Of a DNA stretch of 64,000 bases, positions 36,359 through 44,928 are shown piece by piece. Made by a program: the position numbers and the translations under genes. This DNA is from Tannerellaceae bacterium (GTDB lineage: Bacteria > Bacteroidota > Bacteroidia > Bacteroidales > Tannerellaceae), in contig JAVBUE010000004.1 in assembly GCA_031555735.1 (NCBI GenBank), positions 1,790 through 65,789 on the forward strand, written 5' to 3'. The notes beneath the pieces are model-generated. The model worked only from the letters and a program-made list of their open reading frames with translations. It was not told the origin of the DNA and made no database searches. Positions within the stretch are counted from its first letter, which is position 1, and every line of letters begins with the position of its first letter.

Positions 36359-37137
36359 ATCAGGATGGATTAATCCCCAATCCCTGGGGAACACTCAGGC
36401 AATATACCGCAGCCCGTATCGCGTTGGGGCGCGCCGGTTCCGCCATACCCACAGACGCCTGCCTGGCTTTCCGGTTAGCCCACGCCCAGGCGAAGGATGC
36501 CGTCGTCCAATCGCTGGACAGGGAAAAACTCACGGAAACGTTCCAATCCTCCGGCATACACACCTTATGGGTGGAGAGCAGGGCGCGGGATAAACAGGAA
36601 TACCTCACCCGCCCCGATCTGGGACGGATGCTCAGCGCCTCATCAGCAGAACAGCTCCGCGCCTCCGCCCTGCTACCCGCCGATATCCTGATTACCGTAG
36701 GCGACGGCCTTTCATCCGTTGCCATCCAAAGGCATGCCGCCCCGTTCATCCAACAGCTCCTGCCCTACCTGCATACACTGGGAAAGACCACCACACCGGT
36801 GGTGATTGCCCGGCATGCCCGCGTAGCCCTGGGCGACGACATCAACCGATGGGTCGGGGCACAAATCATCCTTATGTTGATCGGGGAACGACCAGGCCTT
36901 TCTTCTCCCGACAGCATGGGAGCATACCTCACCTGGCATACAGGAAAAGATAGTAGCCTGGACGCGGAAAGAAATTGCATCTCGAACATCCGCCCCGAAG
37001 GATTGCCCTACGATAAGGCCGCCTTTAAACTGGCCTGGCTGATCGAACAGGCCTGCATGCGGCAGGGCACCGGTATCGAGTTGAAAGACCGGAGCGACGA
37101 CCCCGCCTGTCACCACCTCCTGCGTCCGGCAACCTGA
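36355..37137 (+). CDS. eutC: ethanolamine ammonia-lyase, small subunit
   Basis: 260 aa. 4-nt overlap with eutB; TAARIALGRAGSAIPT, LIGERPGLSSPDSMGAYLT. Confidence 0.93.
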   Translation: MNQDGLIPNPWGTLRQYTAARIALGRAGSAIPTDACLAFRLAHAQAKDAVVQSLDREKLTETFQSSGIHTLWVESRARDKQEYLTRPDLGRMLSASSAEQLRASALLPADILITVGDGLSSVAIQRHAAPFIQQLLPYLHTLGKTTTPVVIARHARVALGDDINRWVGAQIILMLIGERPGLSSPDSMGAYLTWHTGKDSSLDAERNCISNIRPEGLPYDKAAFKLAWLIEQACMRQGTGIELKDRSDDPACHHLLRPAT

Positions 37138-37159
37138 TGCCGGACACCGGAAGCCCGTA

Positions 37160-38935
37160 TCAGAAGTTCACATTCACCCCGACCATGGCGCTGAAGCCCT
37201 GCATCGGATAGCCGTAATACCATTCGTAGTCCTGAAACAGCAGGTTGTTCAGCTTGACGTATGCGCCGAACGTATCATTCAGGGTATAAGCAGCCGTCGC
37301 ATTCAGTTCGTTGATGTTTTTGAATTTAGCCTCCATCGCGTTATACAGTTGGGTGTAACGGCCGGTAGCCAGGTAATAGTCGGCCGACACGGACAACCGC
37401 GGCATCGGTTTCACGGTAAAGCCGGCGGTGATCTCCGTCTTTGGCCTTCCGTATGCAGTGAGTTCTTCATCGCCCTTGACACCCCACTGATCGCCATAGT
37501 TCGCCTTCCAGTCATTAAACACTCCCTTCAGGTGGAAATCCATGAATTGCTGGTACATATACTTCACCTCCATACCGAAAAACAACAGTTTGGTATCGAT
37601 ATGGTCCAGGTGATTGCCATAATTCCCAAAGTCGTTTTCACCATGCAACTGGTTGGGGACGAAGAAGAAATCATCGTTTACGATCTTATACCCGCCAAAC
37701 ACGTCAAACCAGAAACCCGGAGCCACGCCGCTCTTCACGCCTGCCACCACATCCAGCCAGTTACGCGAAGGCTGCACGCCCATCGTCGGGTTGTTATAGC
37801 GGTTGATCTGCGACAAATCAACCATACTGTTCGAGCGGATATCCCCTTTTGCGGCAAGATACAGCACTGTCTTGTCCGCCACCGCCATATCCGCCGAGAT
37901 ATTCGGTGCGGCCATAAACTGGTCGTCATCGCCGGTGATATACCCCACCGTCGCTCCCAGCTTCACCCGCCAGTTGCCACCCTCCATCAGGTAATAGGGC
38001 GAAAGCAGGATTTCGGAATGGCTATCGAACGATGCGCTGTAACTACCCAGGCTGTCGGGACGGATCGTTTCCGGCGGCAGGTCGTAGTTCAGGACTTTGA
38101 ACCCCGCATCCAGCCCGATCCGGTGTCCCCAACTCGTGGCCGCAGACAGACCGCCTTTCAGCGCTACCGTATGCTCCGTCGTCCCTTCCGTTTGCTTGCT
38201 TAACCCGTATTTATAGGAGAAGTTGGTATAATCCACATCCAGCAGATAGCCGATCATCGCATCTTCTTTCGATCGTAATCCCGTAAAGACGTGGATGGTT
38301 TGCGCTCCCTGGTTCGTTTCCGTATCGGCGGGAATCAGGGAGGAAAACTGCGGCGGGGTCATCGGCAAGCCGTAATAATTGAATGCCGAATACCCGTACT
38401 TCCCTCCCAGGCGGAAGATCGCTTTATCAAATACATGGCTGAAGTTCAGTCCGCCCACGTTATCGTTGATCTTCGCCTTCACCTCCTCATCCGTCTGGAT
38501 ATAGTCCACATCGCCGTTTGTGGAGCGGTGCGAGAAATAGATTCCCAGTTGGTCTTTCTCCGTCCGCAGGATATGGTATCCCAGGTCGCCGTTGATATTC
38601 ATATAGGTGCCGATGCCGAAATGGAGGTAACCCCGGCGTTTGTTATACTCCATATCCGTCAGGATATTTCCCGAGGGGAGCAGGACAAACTCCTTGGCCG
38701 GATCCGCCGGGATGGTGAGGGTGGAATAATCGATCGGGATCTTCCGGATCTCGGGTTCCTTGACGGCGGGCAGGGTATTCACCTTGTTAGCATCCTGCAC
38801 GGTAGGGTCGTATTCCCGTTCCAGCGTCATCTCCCTGTTCAGGTTTGTCTTTTCCTCTTGGGCGTACAAGGTCGAAGAGACGCTTGCCACAACCACCACA
38901 CACAAAGCCTTTATCGTATATATAGTCGTTCTCAT
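37160..38935 (-). CDS. outer-membrane beta-barrel protein of unknown function
   Basis: 591 aa. Signal peptide (...STLYAQEE), alternating aromatic/Gly-rich strands throughout, C-terminal ...MVGVNVNF (terminal Phe typical of OMPs). 6 nt downstream of the TPR gene, so probably co-transcribed. Confidence 0.7.
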   Translation of the reverse strand: MRTTIYTIKALCVVVVASVSSTLYAQEEKTNLNREMTLEREYDPTVQDANKVNTLPAVKEPEIRKIPIDYSTLTIPADPAKEFVLLPSGNILTDMEYNKRRGYLHFGIGTYMNINGDLGYHILRTEKDQLGIYFSHRSTNGDVDYIQTDEEVKAKINDNVGGLNFSHVFDKAIFRLGGKYGYSAFNYYGLPMTPPQFSSLIPADTETNQGAQTIHVFTGLRSKEDAMIGYLLDVDYTNFSYKYGLSKQTEGTTEHTVALKGGLSAATSWGHRIGLDAGFKVLNYDLPPETIRPDSLGSYSASFDSHSEILLSPYYLMEGGNWRVKLGATVGYITGDDDQFMAAPNISADMAVADKTVLYLAAKGDIRSNSMVDLSQINRYNNPTMGVQPSRNWLDVVAGVKSGVAPGFWFDVFGGYKIVNDDFFFVPNQLHGENDFGNYGNHLDHIDTKLLFFGMEVKYMYQQFMDFHLKGVFNDWKANYGDQWGVKGDEELTAYGRPKTEITAGFTVKPMPRLSVSADYYLATGRYTQLYNAMEAKFKNINELNATAAYTLNDTFGAYVKLNNLLFQDYEWYYGYPMQGFSAMVGVNVNF

Positions 38936-38941
38936 CGGATG

Positions 38942-41900
38942 TTACTTCTTAAGTTTAGCTAATCTGTTTTCAATCATGGCTGCGATATCATCGTCTCCTT
39001 TATAGTTGTTCTGCAAACTGTTCAGATACACACGCGCCTGGACGTCGTCACCTTTCCGGATGTAGATATCCGCCCAGAGGATAAAACCACGCGCCAGCCA
39101 ATACTGGTGAGGCGTACCGTTCTTCGCATACTCATCGAGCACCTTCAGCGCGTTCGCGTCGTCGTTGTTATCGTAGTACAACTGCGCCAGCAGGTATTTG
39201 GCTTCAGCCCCATGTACCGTACGGGTATCTTTCGACAGCTCTTTCAGGTCGTCCATCGCCTGGTTTTTCTCTCCCAGGGCGATATACGATTTAGCCCGTA
39301 CATACCGTGCTTCAGCAATCAGTTCGGGCGACAACTTGGGTTCTTTCAGCAGTTCGCTGGCTGCCAGCAACGCTTCTTTCGGTTGGTTGACGAAACCGGC
39401 GCAACGCATGACGCCCACCCTGGCCGCTTCCTTATTCTCCGGATTCTCCGCCACCACCTGCAGGCGTTTGAACGATTGCATGGCCGCCGCATATTCTTTT
39501 TGCAGGTATTCGATCTCGGCGGTACGGGCAACGGCGTCTTCGAGGAACTTCGTGTCGCCGCTATCCGTCACCTTCCGGTAGTAGCCCAACGCTTCCCCAT
39601 ATTCTTTTTTATTGAAGGCGATGCTTCCCAGGTAGTAGTTGGCGTTCGCGCTGAAAGCCCCTGCGGGGAACGACTGGAGGTAGTTCACCATACTGCGGCG
39701 CGCCCCCTCGTTATCTCCCCGTAAGAACAGTTTCTCCGCCGCGATGTAGGTCAGCGAATCCTGTTCGCTCACTTCCATCCGCATGGATCCGCCCAGTGAA
39801 TTGGCATACGCCGCATAGGCATTGACATCGTTCAGTTCGATATACACCGACTTCAGATCCTGCAATGCCACCCGCGCTTCTTCGCTGCCCGGGTAATCGC
39901 TGATCACCTTCTTGTAGGCTGTGGCCGCTTTCGCCGGCTGGTTATCGTTAAAATACACCAGCCCCAGTTGTACGCCGGCCTTCCGCGCCAACGCTGTTTG
40001 CGGGAAACGTTTCACCAGCGTCTCGAAGGCGTCGGCAGCCGCTTTGTTGTCCGACAACATCACATAAGCGCGTCCTTTTTCAAACAAGGCGTCGTCCACA
40101 TACTGCGACTCGGGGAAGTCCCGTACCAGGCGGTCCATCGCCTGAATCTTACCCGGGTAATCTTTCTGCAGGCCCAGCACGAAGCCTCGTTGGTAAAGCG
40201 AATAATCGCCGGCCGACGGCAGCACCTGCGCGGCGCGGGCATAACTTTCTTCCGCCTGTGCAAACTGGCGGCCGTGGAAAAGGCAGTCGCCGATGCGGTT
40301 GTAGGCATCCGCCAGTGCAGGAGCCGTGCGGTTCTTTTCCTGGTCGGTGTACTGGCGGAACCGGTTCAACGCCTCGTCGTAATGCTGTTGCTTGAAATAG
40401 CTGTATCCCAGGTTGTAATGCGCCAGGGCATACATATCGGAAGTACGTTGGCGGGTATTATTGAGGTAGGCGCGGAAATCGGCGATCGCCGGGTCGTATT
40501 TCCCCTGGCGGTAATACGATTCGCCCCGCCAGTAATACGCCTCATTGCGCGCCTCGGCATTGTAGGAGCCCATATTGATGGAACGGGTGAAGAGGTCCAC
40601 CGCCTCATCCAGTTTCATATTCGTAAAAGCCTGTGTGCCGAGTTGGAACAGGATATCCTGTTTGGCTTCCAGTATTTTGTTGCCCGGCTGTTTGATCTTG
40701 TCGATCGACGTGAGCGCATCCCGGTAATTTTTAGTGGTAAGATACACTTCCACCAGGTAATCGTTCACCTTATCGGCATAGCGGGAGTTGGGGAAATCGT
40801 TCAGGAAATCCTGGAAGATGTTGACCGACTGTCCGAAGCCGGTAAACGCCGTTTCATGGAGCAGCAGGGCGTAGTTATACAACGCCGTTTCCCGCACCTG
40901 CGGGTCGAATGAAGCAGTGGCGGCCACTTCGAAAGCCATGCGGGCATTGTTCTTATCCTTCAGCCGGAGGTAACATTGGCCGAGGTAGAGATAGGCGTTC
41001 TGAGCCAGGGCGTCGTTGGCCGACACCACCCGCCCGAAGGCATTGACGGCGCTGCTGTAGTTCCCTTTATTGTAATAACAGATCCCCAGCAGGTAGAGGT
41101 CGCCGCGCATCGGATCGTTGGTCAGGGAAGCATATTTGCTCAGGCGGTCGAGCGCCTTCTCCTGGTTGCCCTGATTGAAATACGAGTTTCCGAGCAGGCG
41201 ATACACTTCCGTATTATGCTCGCTGTCCGGGAAAAGGGTGAGCAGTTCTTCCCCCTCCTTCACCACCTGTGCATATTGATTCTGAATGAAATAGATCTGG
41301 GTGATATAGTAGAGCGATTGTTCCCGGTAAGCGGTAAAGTTCTTCAGACGGGCGAACTCGGTCAGCGCGCTGTCGTACTTTCCGGTCGCGTAATCGATAT
41401 ACGCCACATAGTAGGCGGCAGCTTCCCGGTACTGCGATCCGATCTGGCGGATACGCATGAAGTATCCCCGCGCCTTGTCGAGCGTACCTTGTTGGAGCAG
41501 GGCATACGCCTGGCGGAACGAATAGGTTTCCTGCTGTTCAGGGCTCAGCAGGTCGATATCCGACTGCCCGAACCAGAACAGCGCCTTTTCATACTCTTCG
41601 TTGCCGAAGTGCACGCTGCCGATAAAAAATTGGATCTCGTTGGCATGGCGGGAATCGGGATAAGTATCCAGATACTCCTTCAGCACGAGGTCGGCTCCCG
41701 GACGTCCCTGTTCGAAAGCGGCGCAGGCAAGCATATAATCGGCCTCCTGGATCAGGTCGGCATTCGCCGCCTGCTTTTTATACGCTTCCAGCTTGTCGAT
41801 CGCTCCCGCATAATTCTTTAATTCGAACAACTCCCTGCCTTCCGTAAACAACCGGTCGGGCGCTATGAACTGATACGACCGTTGCCCGCTTGCCACGTGG

Positions 41901-41944
41901 CTTACCAGCGCAACACACAGTGGAATAAGAATCTTCTTCATCAT
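38942..41944 (-). CDS. 1000-aa secreted tetratricopeptide-repeat protein
   Basis: Signal MMKKILIPLCVALVSHVASGQ, then about 20 TPR-like units (recurrent A..Y..A......Y..A...F..L...P.S). Confidence 0.8.
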   Translation of the reverse strand: MMKKILIPLCVALVSHVASGQRSYQFIAPDRLFTEGRELFELKNYAGAIDKLEAYKKQAANADLIQEADYMLACAAFEQGRPGADLVLKEYLDTYPDSRHANEIQFFIGSVHFGNEEYEKALFWFGQSDIDLLSPEQQETYSFRQAYALLQQGTLDKARGYFMRIRQIGSQYREAAAYYVAYIDYATGKYDSALTEFARLKNFTAYREQSLYYITQIYFIQNQYAQVVKEGEELLTLFPDSEHNTEVYRLLGNSYFNQGNQEKALDRLSKYASLTNDPMRGDLYLLGICYYNKGNYSSAVNAFGRVVSANDALAQNAYLYLGQCYLRLKDKNNARMAFEVAATASFDPQVRETALYNYALLLHETAFTGFGQSVNIFQDFLNDFPNSRYADKVNDYLVEVYLTTKNYRDALTSIDKIKQPGNKILEAKQDILFQLGTQAFTNMKLDEAVDLFTRSINMGSYNAEARNEAYYWRGESYYRQGKYDPAIADFRAYLNNTRQRTSDMYALAHYNLGYSYFKQQHYDEALNRFRQYTDQEKNRTAPALADAYNRIGDCLFHGRQFAQAEESYARAAQVLPSAGDYSLYQRGFVLGLQKDYPGKIQAMDRLVRDFPESQYVDDALFEKGRAYVMLSDNKAAADAFETLVKRFPQTALARKAGVQLGLVYFNDNQPAKAATAYKKVISDYPGSEEARVALQDLKSVYIELNDVNAYAAYANSLGGSMRMEVSEQDSLTYIAAEKLFLRGDNEGARRSMVNYLQSFPAGAFSANANYYLGSIAFNKKEYGEALGYYRKVTDSGDTKFLEDAVARTAEIEYLQKEYAAAMQSFKRLQVVAENPENKEAARVGVMRCAGFVNQPKEALLAASELLKEPKLSPELIAEARYVRAKSYIALGEKNQAMDDLKELSKDTRTVHGAEAKYLLAQLYYDNNDDANALKVLDEYAKNGTPHQYWLARGFILWADIYIRKGDDVQARVYLNSLQNNYKGDDDIAAMIENRLAKLKK

Positions 41945-41992
41945 TCATCAAATTTAACCAAGCACGAAAGCGTACTTGTTGGTTCTAAGCAG

Positions 41993-42000
41993 CAAATATA
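41993..42000 (-). promoter_or_regulatory. -7 box TAtaTTTG (minus) for the TPR/OMP operon
   Basis: + strand CAAATATA, 49 nt upstream of the ATG at 41944. Confidence 0.4.
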
Positions 42001-42159
42001 GAGATTATGCGCAAGGAAGGCCGCAGTAATTTAACAAAAAAGACTTAAATACCGGCAGAAGGTACGGGATGGATCAACGAGCGGGTGCATCCGCATTCTT
42101 CTCGTCGGCGGATATACAGCGTGACAGATGCCGTATTACACGGCATTTGGGGGAAACTG

Positions 42160-42268
42160 CTTCCACCTTCCACTAAGGGGTGTTATCGCGCAGAGAAACA
42201 ACAAGATAGACAGTGGAAGGAGACGTGTTTTCCCTTCCACTTTTCGTCCACTCTGCTTCCACTGTGTG
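42160..42268 (+). repeat. left arm; contains TTCCAC/GTGGAA hexamers, three of them at 11-bp spacing
   Basis: CTTCCACCTTCCAC at the tip; TTCCAC 42235-42240, GTCCAC 42246-42251, TTCCAC 42257-42262. Confidence 0.9.
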
Positions 42269-42295
42269 GTAAATGCTCCGACAATTACGTATGCT

Positions 42296-42315
42296 GTCCC
42301 ATTTCGAAATGGGAC
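42296..42315. repeat. 20-bp perfect palindrome GTCCCATTTCGAAATGGGAC in the core of the element
   Basis: Read directly. It is followed by a second inverted repeat, CATTTCAATCT (42321-42331) / AGATTGAAATG (42360-42370). Confidence 0.9.
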
Positions 42316-42374
42316 ACAGGCATTTCAATCTGCGTGTAGATGTTGTGCTATCTGCATGTAGATTGAAATGTTGA

Positions 42375-42462
42375 GACAATCATAGGTAAATGGTCTGACA
42401 ACCATAGGTAGATGTTTGAACTGCCATAGGTAGATGTTTGAACAATCATAGGTGGATGTTTT
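42375..42462 (+). repeat. four exactly 22-bp tandem units AAC(A)ANCATAGGTAGATGTTTG in the core
   Basis: gacaatcataggtaaatggtct | gacaaccataggtagatgtttg | aactgccataggtagatgtttg | aacaatcataggtggatgtttt. It shares CCAT(T)AGGTAGAT with the unit at 2172-2193. Confidence 0.9.
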
Positions 42463-42477
42463 GAGCTTTACAAGACA

Positions 42478-42589
42478 CACACGCAGTGGAAGCAGAGTGG
42501 ATGGAAAGTGGAAGGAAAAAACACGTCTCCTTCCACTGTCTATCTTGTTGTTTCTCTGCGCGATAACACCCCTTAGTGGAAGGTGGAAG
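42478..42589 (-). repeat. right arm (reverse complement of the left arm)
   Basis: See the whole-element entry; read directly. Confidence 0.9.
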
Positions 42590-42642
42590 GGAAAAAGGGA
42601 AATCCCCTGAGAGGAGGGCTGTTTCTCGTTATTTCAGGTGTT

Positions 42643-43539
42643 TCAGATCCGCCGGGTGATATAGTCGATGATATGCAGGCAGAGACGGGTGGTACGTTCG
42701 TCGGTATCCAGTTCGGGATTGAGTTCGACAAGATCCATCGATTTCACCAGGTTGGTGGCGATGATCTGATCGACAAAGGTATTGAATTCATCCGGGGTCA
42801 GTCCGTCCGGTACCGTTGTGCCGGTGCCGGGTGCATACGACGGGTCGATGCTGTCCACGTCGATACTGAAATGGATATTCCGTATCCTGCGTTCTTTCAG
42901 TTGCCGTTTGATATCTTCGGCCACAAAACCGATGCCCCGGCTGCGGATCAGTTCCATGGGATAGATGCTGAGCCGTTCGTTGCGGATCAGTTCCTGCTCG
43001 CCATCATCCAGGCTCCGCGTACCGACGAGAAACACATTCTCCGGGTGCACCTTATTGCCGGGGGCGTAGATATTGACCAGTTCTTCGCTCCCTTTTCCCA
43101 TCAGGGCGCTGAGGGGCATGCCGTGGATATTGCCGCTGGGAGAAGTCTCGTTGGTGTTCACATCACCATGCGCATCCAGCCAGATGATCCCGAAATCGTC
43201 GAAACATTTCCCCACCCCCGAAGCACTGCCCAATCCCAGCGAATGGTCGCCGCCGATCACCAGCGGAAAGGCGCCACCCCGCAGGGTGTCATAGACCAGC
43301 TCGGCCAGGTTGTTATTCACCTCCACGATGGCGTCGAGGTATTTCATACTCTTTCCCCGGGCGAACTTATCCTGCTCAACCACGGAAGGGACATAGAGGT
43401 TGCCGAGGTCGAACGCCCGATGGCCGTTCTGCCGGATCAGTTTCATCAGGCCGCGTTCACGCAGGTGGTTAGGCGCCTGCTCCACCCCTTCACGGTCGCA
43501 TCCCAGGTTGAGGGGGACGCCAATAACATTTACTTTCAT
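42643..43539 (-). CDS. rocF: arginase
   Basis: 298 aa. Ureohydrolase Mn-site motifs GGDHSL, WLDAHGDVNT, SPSGNIHGMPL, SIDVDSIDP. Confidence 0.9.
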   Translation of the reverse strand: MKVNVIGVPLNLGCDREGVEQAPNHLRERGLMKLIRQNGHRAFDLGNLYVPSVVEQDKFARGKSMKYLDAIVEVNNNLAELVYDTLRGGAFPLVIGGDHSLGLGSASGVGKCFDDFGIIWLDAHGDVNTNETSPSGNIHGMPLSALMGKGSEELVNIYAPGNKVHPENVFLVGTRSLDDGEQELIRNERLSIYPMELIRSRGIGFVAEDIKRQLKERRIRNIHFSIDVDSIDPSYAPGTGTTVPDGLTPDEFNTFVDQIIATNLVKSMDLVELNPELDTDERTTRLCLHIIDYITRRI

Positions 43540-43555
43540 ACGTACGGATTTAGGA

Positions 43556-44764
43556 TTAGAACTGCCTGAATGTCTTATCGATGATATGCACCGCTTCCAG
43601 CAACTGCGAGCGGGTGACTACCAACGGCGGGGTGAAGCGGATGATGTGCTCGTGGGTAGGTTTGGCGATCAGTCCGTTCTCCTTCAGCGCCATACAGATA
43701 TCCCAGGCTGTCTTGCCGTCCCGGGGTTCGGTCACCACGGCGTTCAGGAGCCCTTTGCCCCGTACCTGCCTGATCATCGGATGATGGAGCTGGCGCATCT
43801 GCTCGCGGAAGAGCATTCCCATCTCATAGGCATGTGCGGCCAGTTGTTCGTCGCGCACCACTCCCAGCGCGGCGATGGCGACCCTTGCGGCCAACGGGTT
43901 ACCGCCGAACGTGGATCCGTGTTCGCCCGGAGCGATGGTGAGCATGACCTCATCGTCGGCCAGTACGGCAGATACCGGGGTGATACCTCCCGACAGCGCC
44001 TTTCCCAGGATCAGGATATCGGGACGGACGCCCTCATAGTCGCAGGCAAGCATCTTGCCGGTTCGTCCGATACCTGTCTGGATCTCGTCGGCCATGAAGA
44101 GCACGTTATGCTCCCGGCAGAGGCGGTAACAGGCGGAGAGGTAGCCGTCGCCGGGCACCACCACACCGGCCTCCCCCTGGATCGGCTCCAGCAACAGCCC
44201 GGCTACCGTGGGATCCTGCAGCGCTTCCGCTACGGCTTCGACATTGTTATAGGGCACCTTGATGAACCCCGGCGTATAAGGTCCGAAGCCCTGGTAAGAA
44301 GAGGGATCGGTACTCATGGACACGATGGTGATCGTCCGTCCGTGGAAATTCTCTCCGCAGACAACGATCTTCGCCTGGTCGGCGGGAATACCTTTCCGGT
44401 CATATCCCCAGCGGCGGCAAAGTTTGAGGGCTGTCTCCACCGCTTCGGCGCCGGTATTCATCGGCAACAGTTTGTCGTATCCGAAGAAACGGCAGGCAAA
44501 TTCCATGTATTCGCCCAGCACATCGGTATAGAACGCGCGCGAGGCGAGCGTCAGGCGGCCGGCCTGGTCGAGCAGCGCCTGCACGATCTTCGGGTGGCAA
44601 TGTCCCTGGCTCAATGCCGAATAGCCGGACAGGAAATCGAAATACCGTTTCCCTTCCGTGTCCCATACATGGACGCCTTCTCCGCGTTCAAGCACGACGG
44701 GCAGCGGGTGGTAGTTGTGCGCCCCGTACGTTTCTTCCCTGTGGATGTATTCTTCTGTTTTCAT
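43556..44764 (-). CDS. rocD: ornithine aminotransferase
   Basis: Class-III aminotransferase: YGAHNYHPLPVVLERGEGVHVWD, FMADEIQTGIGRTGK, ILGKALSGG. I prefer the ATG at 44764 (MKTEEYI...) over the track start at 44806. Confidence 0.9.
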   Translation of the reverse strand: MKTEEYIHREETYGAHNYHPLPVVLERGEGVHVWDTEGKRYFDFLSGYSALSQGHCHPKIVQALLDQAGRLTLASRAFYTDVLGEYMEFACRFFGYDKLLPMNTGAEAVETALKLCRRWGYDRKGIPADQAKIVVCGENFHGRTITIVSMSTDPSSYQGFGPYTPGFIKVPYNNVEAVAEALQDPTVAGLLLEPIQGEAGVVVPGDGYLSACYRLCREHNVLFMADEIQTGIGRTGKMLACDYEGVRPDILILGKALSGGITPVSAVLADDEVMLTIAPGEHGSTFGGNPLAARVAIAALGVVRDEQLAAHAYEMGMLFREQMRQLHHPMIRQVRGKGLLNAVVTEPRDGKTAWDICMALKENGLIAKPTHEHIIRFTPPLVVTRSQLLEAVHIIDKTFRQF

Positions 44765-44817
44765 ATCATTTGTGTTTAATCGAATACAAAATGTAAGTAT
44801 ATGCAAAGGTTTGTACG

Positions 44818-44825
44818 CAAAGATA
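44818..44825 (-). promoter_or_regulatory. -7 box TAtcTTTG (minus) for rocD-rocF
   Basis: + strand CAAAGATA, 54 nt upstream of the ATG at 44764. Confidence 0.4.
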
Positions 44826-44874
44826 ACAAATGAGACTTACATATTGTCAACAAAAACTATATGTTAAGAAGCAG

Positions 44875-44906
44875 AAAAAAGGGCATCCCGCTGACGGAAT
44901 GCCCTT
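44875..44906 (-). terminator. intrinsic terminator after the acyltransferase gene (end of the PASTA-rluD-ddl-acyltransferase operon)
   Basis: Minus strand AAGGGCATTCCGtcagCGGGATGCCCTT followed by TTTTTT. Confidence 0.7.
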
Positions 44907-44928
44907 ATTATGTGTTAGTTTAACCCAT

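Larger units (their letters stand above)
42160..42589. repeat. 430-bp inverted-repeat element (MITE-like / long-hairpin): ~110-bp arms flanking a 209-bp structured core
   Basis: 42160-42231 is perfectly complementary to 42518-42589 (72 nt). The inner ~37 nt of each arm differ by 3-4 substitutions and 2 small indels. It lies between the rocF stop and the TPR promoter. Confidence 0.9.

Noticed and set aside
42085-42379. Three small ORFs (84, 77 and 68 aa) inside the 430-bp inverted-repeat element
   Set aside because: They overlap each other and the inverted arms. Their sequence is dictated by the repeats (the same peptide words appear on both strands), and none has a promoter box.
42269-42477. 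Classical Bacteroides invertible-promoter (inverton) reading of the element core
   Set aside because: There is no TAnnTTTG on either strand of the core. The arms, at ~110 bp, are far longer than typical inverton repeats, and no recombinase gene is in the window. Inversion by homologous recombination stays open as a testable possibility in the finding.
42160-42589. Retron-like msr/msd non-coding RNA (inverted repeats flanking a structured core)
   Set aside because: No reverse transcriptase gene is adjacent or anywhere in the window, and the arms are far longer than retron a1/a2 repeats.
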